This document shows, piece by piece, positions 52,273-64,000 of a DNA stretch of 64,000 nt. A program made the translations under genes and the position numbers. Each line of letters opens with the position of its first letter. Position 1 is the first letter of the stretch. Source of the stretch: Octopus vulgaris (taxonomy: Eukaryota); NCBI GenBank assembly GCA_951406725.2, contig OX597818.1, positions 3,224,001 to 3,288,000 of the forward strand, written 5' to 3'. The notes below the pieces were generated by a model, which was given only the letters and a program-made list of their open reading frames with translations, was not told the origin of the DNA and searched no databases.

Positions 52273-52640
52273 AGGCGTAGGAGTGGCTGTGTGGAAAGTA
52301 GCTTGCTTATGAACCACATGATTCCGGGTTCAGTTCCACTGCGTGGCACCTTGGGCAAGTGTCTTCTACTATAGTCTCGGGCCGACCAAAGCCTTGAGAG
52401 TGGATTTGGTAGACGGAAATTGAAAGAAGCCTGTCATATATATGTATATGTGTGTCTGTGTTTGTCCCCACAACATCACTTGACAACCGATGGTGGTGTG
52501 TTTATGTCCCCGTAACTTAGCGGTTCGGCAAAAGAGACCGATAGAAAAAGTACTAGAATAAGTACTAGGCTTACAATTTGCTCGACTAAAGGCATTGCTC
52601 CAGCATGACCACAGTCAAATGACTGAAACAAGTAAAAGTA
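52273..52640 (+). mobile_element. tRNA-derived CORE-like SINE
   Basis: tggctgtgtgg..gggttcagttcc head, then ccttgggcaagtgtct. Confidence 0.85.
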
Positions 52641-53080
52641 AGTAAAGTACATACAGACATGCACATCTATATATGTACATATATATACACACACTGTGTA
52701 TGTATATATATATATATTAGAGGTTGTGAATCCAACCCACTAAGGGATAATATCTATTCAATATACTGCTGGTTTAGTACCCAATTATTAATACACAAGT
52801 GTTTTTATTGCATTGCAATTACATTACCTAGTGTACTAAATGGGTGAAGGTAGTAAAGAGATATTTTACCATTAATTTATATAGCAATAAGAAAATGGAG
52901 GGGATCAATAGGTGGTTCATCAACTTTTAGACATTATATTATGTTAACTTATTTATTTATTTACTAAATTGATAATTACAATAATATACATACATATAAC
53001 ATATTATGCTTTATGTATAAGATATAAAATATAGTAATATATAAGGATACCAGTAATTATTATAAAATAACAAGCATAAA

Positions 53081-53480
53081 TGGCTTTGTGGTAAGTGGCT
53101 TGCTTACCAACCACATGGTTCCGGGTTCAGTCCCACTGCGTGGCATCTTGGGCAAGTGTCTTCTACTATAGCCTCGGGCCAACCAATGCCTTGTGAGTGG
53201 ATTTGGTAGATGGAAACTGAAAGAAGCCTGTTGTATATATGTATATATATGTGTGTGTGCATGTATGTTTGTGTGTCTGTGTTTGTCCCCCTAGCATTTC
53301 TTGACAACCGATGCTGGTGTGTTTATGTCCCCGTCACTTAGCGGTTCGGCAAAAGAGACCGATAGAATAAGTACTGGGCTTACAAAGAATAAGTCCCGGG
53401 GTCTAGTTGCTCTATTAAAGGTGGTGCTCCAGCATGGCCGCAGTCAAATGACTGAAACAAGTAAAAGAGTAAAAGAGTAA
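53081..53480 (+). mobile_element. tRNA-derived CORE-like SINE with (GAGTAAAA)n tail
   Basis: Homologous to 52273-52640. Confidence 0.85.
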
Positions 53481-53506
53481 AGAGAGTATGAATATAAATT
53501 GGGAAA

Positions 53507-53635
53507 ATAACTTACAGCTGTTTCAGCCAAGAGGTAAAAATACTTCATTCTACCATTATTACTCAAGTGGAGTGAAGTAATTGGTAGATGAAAATGAAGT
53601 ACTTGGGTATATCTCTAGGCTTCGTCAGAGATTAT
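53507..53635 (-). ncRNA. Canonical-core HHR with a ~100-nt stem II
   Basis: AUAAUCU-CUGACGA-AGCC..long hairpin..GGCU-GAAA-CAGCUG-UA-AGUUAU. Confidence 0.8.
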
Positions 53636-54314
53636 AAAGTACATAATGATAAGTTATAAATAAATATAAATATAAAATAAATAAAATACACAGACATTTG
53701 AATACATATATATTGATATACATATACATACATGTATAGATATACATAAATACCTATATATATACTGAAATATACATACATATTTTACTAATATTATTAA
53801 TATTAGATGCATTCTGTTATTCACAATAGATATAATATAGAATATAATATATAAACAGATATTTTTGAAAGTTATAAGGATAGTAATTTTACAATCAATA
53901 TATCAATAAAGTTATTACAATTATGTCAAAACGAATCTGCATACATGAGGAACGTATATATGCACAAATATATATACATATATATTTTTCCATTTAAACA
54001 TACTAATATGTACATACGTATTATATGTTTTGGAATGTAGGATAATTTGCAGACTAATTTATATTTATATATAGAGAGAAATGTGGTATACTTTCTTCTA
54101 CGTTATTTATTATTATTGCAGTAGTTTAAATCTTGCAGGAAGTGGGGAGGGATTATTTTTATTCATTTACTTAATCTAATTGGTTAACAATTTTTTTGAA
54201 TTACTTTGTCTCAGTTACGGTTGGTTAATTGATAACCGATGAAATAAAACAAATTGTAAACAGAACAAAAGTAGTTGAAAATGTGAAATATGTATTTATA
54301 TACATATATATATA

Positions 54315-55186
54315 TAAGATTAACCTTTAGTTATCTCTACTCTGTTTGTCTATTTCTATTTCAGCCTCACGCCTTGTGTTAAATATATATAATTCAATAG
54401 TTCCTCAAGAGGTGCCCCTTCATGGCTGCTAGTTTTTGTCTAAGATTAACCTTTAGTTATCTCTACTCTGTTTGTCTATTTCTATTTCAGCCTCACGCCT
54501 TGTGTTAAATATATATAATTCAATAGTTCCTCAAGAGGTGCCCCTTCATGGCTGCTAGTTTTTGTCTAAGATTAACCTTTAGTTATCTCTACTCTGTTTG
54601 TCTATTTCTATTTCAGCCTCACACCTCGTGTTCCTCGAGAGGCACCCCTTCATGGCTGCTAGTTTTCGCGGGTCACGATCCCCCCGCTCTCTGTCTCGCA
54701 ATGTTTTTCTCTATCTCTATCTCTTCAAACTGTTTTCGTCTTCCTATCTCTTTCGATTCTCCTACTTCCCCTCCCCTCCACCACCACCCTATATAAACTA
54801 ACGCACGCATTATAGTGCCCCCATTTTTGATTCAAACCTCTGCTGTAAACTACGAACGGAAAAATGATCCACAGATAAGCATTCCATTCCTTTAAATTCA
54901 TCCCGTTAACTACCAAGTATCATTTCTGCGCAATTGATTAACCTTTTTAGATTATCTCTATTCTGTCTGACTCTGTCTATTTCTATTTCAGCCTCACACC
55001 TCGTGTTAAATATATATAATTCTATAGTTTCTTGAGAGGCGCCCCTTCATGGCTGCTAGTTTTTGTCTAAGATTAACCTTTAGTTATCTCTACTCTGTCT
55101 ATTTCTATTTCAGCCTCACGCCTCGTGTTAAATATATATAATTCTATAGTTCCTCGAGAGGCACTCCTTCATGGCTGCTAGTTTTT
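54315..55186. repeat. 126-bp tandem repeat, ~5 copies, interrupted at ~54667-54934
   Basis: taagattaacctttagttatc starts at 54315, 54441, 54567, ~54935 (diverged) and 55068. Confidence 0.9.
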
Positions 55187-55414
55187 GAGGTGCACCCGCC
55201 CTCCCACCACCTCAACCTTTACAGGGAGACTCAAATTTTGTCATCCTTGGTTGTCTCCCATGTACACTTCAAAGTCTTACGCCACCCCCACCGTCTGCTA
55301 TATAAGGTAGTGATCATACATTGCAAAATATGATAGTGTAGTGTATGCGGCTTGAATTTAAGTCTATTGTTTGTCTATGAATCCTGCCAAATGCGATTTT
55401 TTTTTTTCAGGTAC

Positions 55415-58400
55415 ATGAAGCTACTGTCCCCTGTCCCAAGGTGCCTAGGGCCTATACCTCCCACACCCTCAGGGTTGGCACCCTCAACACTGGCACACTG
55501 AAAGGTAGGTCTGGCGAGATTGTTGAGTTGCTTGAACGGAGATGTGTCGATATGTGTTGCATTCAAGAAGTGAGGTGGAGAGGAGGTTCTGCTAGGTTCC
55601 TCACAGGCAAAGAACACAGGTATAAAATTTTCTGGGCTGGGAACACTGACGGGGTCAGGGGCGTGGGTATACTTCTCGCTGAAAAATGGGTCAGAGTATG
55701 CGACAGAATACTTAAGATTAGATTAGTGCTTCATCATGGATTAGCAACCAGGGCTACCCGATGGACAGAAAGACCAATTCTATGACACCCTGCTGCAGAC
55801 TACCTCATCGACGAACGACAGGGACCTTCTCTTTGTGGCTGGTGACTTCAATGGGCATGTTGAACAACATACAGGGGGCTTCCATGGCGTACATGGAGGC
55901 TACGGCTACGGTTCCCGCAACAAGGAGGGAACTAGGCTGCTGGAGTTCTGCAATGCGAATGATCTTATGGTCTGCAACAATAACTTCAGGAAACCTACCA
56001 GGCACTTAGTCACCTACCGATCGGGCCGACATACTAGCCAAATCGACTACATCCTTGCCAGAAAAAGGGAAAGATGGCTGCTTATAAACACCAAAACCTT
56101 CCCAGGCGAAGAATGCACACCACAACATAGACTGGTAGTTAGTGACTTTAGGATCAGGACTAAGAGGACAACCAGAAGACGACCAGCATGGAGAAGGGTC
56201 TGGAAGCTTAAAGATCCTGAGAATGGACAGAGATTTAGAGACATATTACTTGAAGCCTTTGACGAAATAGAAGGGGATATAACTTCACATGAGGTAGAAG
56301 ACAACTGGAGGTTTCTAAGGGACAACCTGCTGAGAGCCACTGACCAGATCTGTGGTTGGTGCAAAGTCCCCTCTAGACCCAAAATAACGTGGTGGTGGAA
56401 CAATGCTGTTGACAGGGCTATTAGAGAAAAGAAACAGGCTTGGAAGGACTGGAAGAACGGTGGTAGCAGGGAAGTGTATCAGACTGCCAGAAGGGAAGCT
56501 AGGAGGCAGGTGTATCTAGCCAGAGGGGAAGCAGATAAAAAAAAATTTGCCAATGTTCTGTGCAGTGAGGACCAAAGACTTCGGGTATTTCGTGTTGCAA
56601 GACAGTGTGTGAGAGAGAATCGTAATGAGGTAGGAGAGAAGTGTGTTCGCATGGATGATGGTTCACTTGCGCTAAATGAGGATGTAAAGAGAGAGGTTTG
56701 GAGACGCCACTATGAAAGGTTGCTGAATAAAGAAAATGAATGGGATAAAGAGAGCCTGCTGAATGTCGACCCAACAGAGGGACCAGCTATCCGAGTTGAC
56801 AGTTCCTTGGTAGTTAAGGCAATTAGAAGCATGAAGACAGGGAAAGCCCCAGGCCCATGAGGAATCACTGCAGAGATGCTCAAAATATCTGGTAGTGTCG
56901 GCTATAGCCTAGTCACCCGTATAGTTAACCAAGTGATACACGAAGGAGTCATTCCCAATGACTGGTGTAGCAGCATAATAGTCAACTGCTACAAGGGTAA
57001 AGGTGACGCCCTAGATACAAATAATTACAGGGGTATCAAGCTGTTGGATCAGGCAATGAAGGTTACGGAGAGGGTCATAGCCCAACTAATTAGAGAGAGA
57101 GTTAGTTTAGATGAGATGCAGTTTGGTTTCATGCCAGGGAAAAGTACCACTGATGCTATATTCCTGGTAAGGCAGCTGCAGGAAAAATACCTAGCCAAAG
57201 ATAAGCCCCTGTACCTGGCTTTTGTTGACAGGGTCGAGTGAGAGCAGGTTAGTGAAAGCTGTATGAGCCATGTACAGGGATGCTGCTAGTAAGGTGAGGG
57301 TTGGCGACGAGTACAGTGAAGAATTCCGGGTAGAGGTAGGTGCCCACCAAGGTTTAGTCCTCAGCCCCCTCCTATTTATCATAGTTCTCCAGACAATAAT
57401 GGAGGAATTCAAGACAGGATGCCCCTGGGAGCACCTCTATGCTGATGACCTTACTCTAATTGCTGAGTGACTATCAGAACTAATGGAGAAGTTTCAGGTG
57501 TGGAAGCAAGGATTAGAATCGAAGGGCCTTAGAGTCAACCTAGCTAAAACCTAAGTCCTAATAAGTAGGAAGGTTGACAAATCACAAATGCCTTCAGGTA
57601 GATGGCCCTGCTCAATCTGTAGAAAAGGGCCATGACTGCTAAGGATATGCGTAAGCTCGTAAGAAATGAAGCCAGTATGCTCCGATGGATGTGTAATGTC
57701 AGTGTTCTTACTCGACAGAGTGTAAGTACCTTGAGAGAAAAGTTGGACCTAAGAAGCATCAGTTGTGGTGTGCAAGAGAGACGTTTGCGCTGGTATGGTC
57801 ATGTGGCAAGAATGGATGAAGATAGTTGTGTGAAAGCGTGCCACACCCTAGCGGTTGAGGGATCCTGTGGAAGAGGTAGACCCAGGAAAACCTGGGATGA
57901 GGTGGTGAAGCACGACCTTCGAACTTTAGGTCTCACCGAGGAAATAACTAGAGACCGAGACCTTTGGAGGTATGCTGTGCATGAGAGGACCCAGCGGGAC
58001 TAGTGAGACCATAACCCGTGGCCTCTACCTGGGATGTAGCCGGTCCACTTATGCATACCTTTCCTTCTTGGGACACAAAATTCTACTTGTGAAGACCTGT
58101 TGAGGTAAGTGAGAATCAGAATCAAAATCGAAATTGATCAACATCAATGGAAAATGTAGCTGTGATACCAGTGCCGGGGGCATGTGAGAGAACCATCCGA
58201 ACGTGGCCGTTGCCAGCGCCGCCCCGACTGGCTTCCGTGCCGGTGGCACGTAAAAAGCACCATCCGAATGTGGCCGTTGCCAGCCTCGCCTGGCCTCCGT
58301 GCCGGTGGCACATAAAAAGCACCATCTGATCGTGGCTGTTTGCCAGCCTCGTCTGGCACCTGTGTCGGTGGCACGTAAAAAGCACCCACTACACTCATGG

Positions 58401-58554
58401 AGTGGTTGGCGTTAGGAAGGGCATCCAGCCGTAGAAACATTGCCAGATCAGACTGGGCCTGGTGCAGCCTTCTGGCTTCCTAGACCCCAGTTGAACCGTC
58501 CAACTCGTGCTAGCATGGAAAGCGGACGCTAAATGATGATGATGATGATGATGA

Positions 58555-58557
<3 letters not shown>
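55415..58557 (+). mobile_element. Long RTE-clade LINE copy (APE + RT, internal deletions), with 3' UTR repeats and (ATG)n tail
   Basis: RVGTLN, CIQEVRW, AGDFNGH, QIDY, KAPGP, NYRGI, QFGF, LYADD. Confidence 0.93.
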
Positions 58558-58637
<80 letters not shown>

Positions 58638-59525
58638 GACATATGAATTAATGGTTAAAATGATATATTAAGGGGATATTATTTTAATATAATACATATG
58701 AGAAGTAAGTTATTACAAGTTATTTAGAAGAAAATAAAAACCAATAATAATAATAATAATAATAACAATAATAAAAATAATATATGTATAAGTCCAAATA
58801 TGTGAGTTATTAATATATTTAGTAACTTAAATGGGTAGTATATGGTTGAAATACATGTCGGGAATCAGTTGGATCAAACTCAAACCAGAGACAAAATATC
58901 AAAGTCAACGTATATATCTCCTCAATATATTGTTAATTGTTAAACTTACTTCCAAAATTAATTTTTAAATGCTCCCAATTCACTTCTATTATTATCTATA
59001 CCTACATATGTCAAATTGTATTCATTGTCGTTAAAAATAATTTCAAAATCTATTATATCTGACAAATTACCTTCATTTATGTTAAAAAACTATTGTATCT
59101 GACAAATTGTTTCATATGCAAGGCTCCATTTCCCAAATGCCTATACTGCAATATTCCATGTAATATTTTAAAGTCACTTAATTAACAAACTACTTATTTA
59201 TTAATTCTTCATAAATATCTATTTATTTATTTATCTAATTACTGTTATATTTAAGAGATATGGTGGATTACTATTTATTTATAAATAAATAAAATGAAGA
59301 GAATGAAGGGAAGGAACTCAAGATTAATTATCTCCAGAACCTTGTTAAATAGTAAACCCTAAATACTAATCAATAAATAGATTAATTAGTTAACCAATCA
59401 ATCAAACAATTAATCCAATCATTGGTTACATAATTTGGTATACATATCACATTCCATAATCATATACATACCCATGTACATAAATACATATACATACACA
59501 CATACATGCATCCACACATACGCAT

Positions 59526-60510
59526 ATGACAAAGGGCCTCTCGCTCAGAGTAAAAGGCAGACTGTATGATGCATGTGTACGAACAGCCATGCTACACGGC
59601 AGTGAAACATGGGCTGTGACTGCTGAGGATATGCGTAAGCTCATAAGGAATGAAGCCAGTATGATCTGATGGATGTGTAATGTCAGTGTGCATACTCGAC
59701 AGAGTGTTAGTACCTTGAGAGAAAAGTTGGACCTAAGAAGCATTAGATGTGGTGTGCAAGAGAGACGACTGCGCTGGTATGGTCATGTGGTGAGAATGGA
59801 TGAGGATAGTTGTGTGAAAAAGTGTTACACCCTAGCGGTTGAGGGAACCTGTGGAAGAGGTAGACCCAGGAAGACCTGGGATGAAGTGGTGAAGCACGAC
59901 CTTCAAACATTAGGCCTCACCAACGAAATGACTAGCGATCAATACTTTTGGAAATATACTATGCTTGAGAAGACCCGGCAAGCCAAATGAGACCATAACC
60001 TGTGGCCTATGCCAGGAGCATAACCAGCCCGCTTATGCGTACCTTTTTCTTCTTTGATCACTAAACTCTGCTTGCGAAGACCTGTTGAGGCAAGTGAAAT
60101 CAAATCAAAATCAATTCGATGACTGGCATCCGTGCTAGTGGGGTGCAAAGAGCTCCATATGAGTGTGACCATTGACAGAGCGGCTAACCGGCTTCCGTAC
60201 TCGTGGCACGTAAAAGGGCACCATTCGAGCGTGATCGTTACCAACGTTGCTTCACTGGCACGTGTAAAAAGATTCGAGCGAGGTCATTGCCAGTATTGCT
60301 TGACTGGCTCCCATGCCGGTGGCACGTAAAAAGCACCCACTACACTCTCAGAGTGGTTGGCGTTAGGAAGTGCATCCAGCTGTAGAAACTCTGCTAGATC
60401 AAGATTGGAGCTTGGTGCAGCTATCTGGTTCGCCAGCCCTCAGTCAAAATCGTCCAACCCATGTTAGCATTGGAAAGCAGACGTTAAATGATTATCATGA
60501 TAATGATGAA
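59526..60510 (+). mobile_element. RTE 3' fragment
   Basis: Same C-terminus and UTR as 9889-11012. Confidence 0.9.
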
Positions 60511-62234
60511 TTACATCTAACTTAATATATACCCCTATATAAATATACATACATATACATACACATTCACACACATACATATACATATCTGCATAATCAT
60601 CACAATTTAACTAATATAATATATTATAGTAATAATTGTTTACTCTAAATAATTACTGTTAATTCAGTAGGGGTAAATTTAATAGTATGTTCTATTTGTA
60701 TTTGGAGAAAGTATACCCAATTTTATGAAGACAGGAAAGATTACGTTCCTTAAAATTGTTAATAAGCGGAATTTTAGCCCTAATTAGAAAAAATATTTCA
60801 TTAATGCATAATAAACATTTTTTATTTTTATTATTGTACGCAGGTGCTGATATTAATATTTTCCATTGTAAATTATAATTTATTTCTTATCTTTAGCTTC
60901 CAAGTATGCTCTGCATAAAGAAATATTGATGCTCAGTTGCAACAGTTTGCACTACATCTCCATATTGTCTTTTTATGGAATTCAGTGTGTGCAAATTGTA
61001 CTCTTAAGTCGGTTGTTGGCACTTAGTTTGCTTGGAATTTCCTTCCTTATTGATGAGTCATCAATTTTTTTGAAAGTTTAAGTCACTGTGTCTATTGGTC
61101 TTTTTTGGGGTGGGGGAGTGAGACCATGCAGCACAACTCTTACTGGGCCTGATACAGGCAGAATAACAGTTCATGTCTTCAGACCAGCAGGTACTCTTTA
61201 GATAGGGCTGTGTCTGCCTTTCTGAATTCTTTCTTTCAAAGCCTATATCTGTTGGTCAGATTGTTTGTATTGCTTTTGAGCAATTCACTTTTTAGTCCTA
61301 GGTAACAAATTTGTTTCACCTTGTTTGATTTCTTCACTACCACTGTTGCCTTCAGAGTTAGTGCTGAAATAGCATCTTCCTTACAACATCATCTTAGTTT
61401 TTCTGGCCCTCCATGTAGCTTGGGTTCTTTACCCAAAACTTCACTATCTATATATTTTATTCTGTCATTCATTAAACTTGGATACATCTTGATAAGGGCA
61501 TAAAAACAAATTTGTTCTTTTTCCTCTCTATTTGAGTCACTGATCTCTGGAATCCATATTGCTTTTCAGGGCCTTGGAAATTAAATTATTAGGTGGGGTG
61601 TTTTGGGCTATCTTCCATGATTCTAGAAATAACCAAATTTTTTCAGCCAGCAAACTTCATCTAATTTAGAAAATGTCATTTTTGACTATTTGTCTGCCTC
61701 TAGCTGTTTCTTTGACCTCAATAAGGAAATATATTTAATTTGACAAAGAGAGGAAGGTGTGAGAGAGTGGAGGGGGACAAACAAATACAGTGACAGTTTG
61801 AGATTTCTTTTTGTTTTAGACAGGAGGAATTACAACTGTGTTTCGTGGTCTGCTACCACAAGAGCTCCTTTATAGGATCCAGTTAGCTCAAGACATCATC
61901 AGGAGGAACCATGTCCAGTTTCGGTCCCTACTCCTCTACCGTTTTGACGTGTCGCCCCCCTTTAGAAGGTGTCTTCAGCACTGGTGTTGGGTGCATGTCT
62001 TCTTTCTTCAGTTGCCTGGCCTCTTTGGTGTAATGTCAACGAGTGTCAGCCAGCAACTGACTGACTTGTCAAATTTTTTCTCTTTAAATACCTGCCGCTA
62101 GGCTCCAGTAGGCAGCCCCAGCAAATTGTCATGTGACACTGTCTCAACTTTAACTGACCAATGAAGGCGTGTAGTCTTAGTCCACGCATTCTCTAAATGA
62201 CCGTTATCTGTCAGTCAGCGAAGCTAATTCAGTG

Positions 62235-64000
62235 TCAGCTTGTCTCCCTAGTGATGTTATTTCCCGCCGGCATGTTATGACTTTCAAGCCAGTTTTGGTT
62301 TTCCCGCTTCAGCCATATATAGAAGCTGGGTTTTTCGACCGCCTCCTGTACTCTCCTTATTAGTTTTCGCAGCTCGGAGCTAGAAAAAACAAATCTTCTT
62401 TTGAATAGCGTTGTCATTTTCGTTTCAATGAAGCCTCTAGCCCCCACTGCCAGGTGGTAATACTCGACATTCCATCACTGTTCTCTGCACTCTTCGGTTA
62501 CTTTTTCGTACCTCTTCTTTCGTTCCTCTACATTGCCGATGTTCTCTTCCCATGGCACTGTCAGTTCTAGCAAAACTCCTATTCTCCATTCTCTGTTCCT
62601 TTTGTCATTTTATTAGTGAAAATATTACTTGTCTTTCCAAATCCATGGCCACCTCCCAGTGTCCCATCTTTCGTTTATCTCATATATTTTACTTGTAGGC
62701 CTGGTTTTATATCCTTTTCCCTCCTTCTGGAAGTATACTTTCCTGTGCTTTTCTACTTTTGGGTACTCTCCCCTATTGTACTTCTCGATCTTCTCCTTGA
62801 GTGCTGCGCTTATGACACCGAGAACTTGATTATGCTGCCATGTATATCTTTCTAGTGGTAGTCTGCAGTTTGACAGAACATGTCTAACCGTCGCTTTCTC
62901 TCCGTATCTACACTCATCAGTTGTTTTTATGTTCCACCAGACTAAGTTCGCCAGTGAGGGTAGACTTGATCAGGAAGGATGTTCTTGCTTGTTCCCAAGC
63001 CCAAAGTTCCTTCCATGATATTCTGTGGCTAATCACATATTCCTCCCATCTCAGGCATTGTTGACTACATTGCACCAAATGTACATTTCGCCTTTCTTCT
63101 TCCTCCTTTCTTACTTCGTATACCACTGCCTCTTTCATCTCTTTTATACTGCTCTTGCAAAATGGCCTGAAATTGCATGACCCTAGGCCGGCTCTTGCCT
63201 CTTGCATCGCTCCGACTATATCTGTGTGCCTTAGTTTTCTGATCGCCCTGTTTACTGCCTCTTCCGCCTTCCATTTCTCCCTGTTCGTACCTTTGGAGGA
63301 TTTTCCCAGATGCTCTGATCTTTTGAATTCTTTAGCATCATTACTGTCCTTGCCTTTCCTTCCTTATATTCTTCGGCGATTGATGTTATTGGTAATTGCA
63401 GCATGGGTTTTCCATATAGTGCAGTTGTGTTCAGTGGTTTCGGCAGACCAAGCCATTTTCTGATAAACACACTGTATCTTTGTTCCATCCGTTCTACTCT
63501 ACTCGAGGCTATTTTGTACATTTGCAATGGCCACATTATCCTTGGGTACAGCCCAAATTGCAGTATCCAACATATGAATTTTCCTGGCAGCGTTGTTCTG
63601 TCAATTGCCTTTAATCCTTGTTCTACTAACTCGTGTGTTTCTTTTCCTTGCTTCTTATCATTTAATAAATCTCTATACCATCTGCCGAGACTCTTTACTG
63701 GTTGTTCTTTCACCGTTGGTATGTCTTCACCTCCTATCCTGAATTTCACTTCTTCGTGCGTTCCTTTCACGAAAGCCACGCTTCGAGATTTTTTAGCTTT
63801 GAATTTCATCATTGCCCATCTTATCAGTTCATCCAACCATTCTAACATTCACTCTGCTGCTTCTCTACTTTCCAATAATACAGTTACGTCGTCCATAAAC
63901 GCCCTTAATGGTGTCTTTGTAACAGCTTTCTCACAGTTTGTAGATCTAAGGAACATTTCCATGACTAGCACAAATAAGATGACTGATATCGTGCATCTGG
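62235..64000 (-). mobile_element. HERO-like (R2-group, RLE-type) non-LTR element, 3' part, running off the window
   Basis: AFMDD (~63890), WAMMKFKAKKSRS, VKSLGRWY, LPGKFICW..PRIMWPL, ELTVPWEEN and VGARGF endonuclease motifs. Confidence 0.85.

Overview
AT-rich eukaryotic (animal) DNA made almost entirely of nested, mostly decayed transposable elements and (AT)n/(ATG)n microsatellites. I find no host protein-coding gene. The repeat repertoire looks molluscan, most likely octopus; this is inferred from recalled repeat families, not verified. Elements recognised from protein motifs: two Tx1/L1-clade LINEs, R4/Dong, CR1-group, RTE (one long copy plus several 3' fragments), RTE/BovB-like, HERO-like, several Penelope-like elements (PLEs), a Gypsy LTR element, mariner, hAT, Helitrons and tRNA-derived SINEs. 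Signals not explained by the ORF track: (1) about 14 minimal type-I hammerhead ribozyme (HHR) folds from about 7 unrelated sequence families. Many sit in non-coding head-to-head or partially tandem mini-elements, most of which end on (AT)n tracts; these are candidate PLE-mobilised, retrozyme-like elements. (2) A complete ORF1-only non-autonomous retroelement with a 21-bp TSD and a full-length Tx1 LINE, sharing a 5' motif, both inserted at the same point in a mariner element. (3) A ~96-bp 18S rRNA fragment replacing the zinc-finger region of that Tx1 ORF2. All folds and alignments were done by eye.
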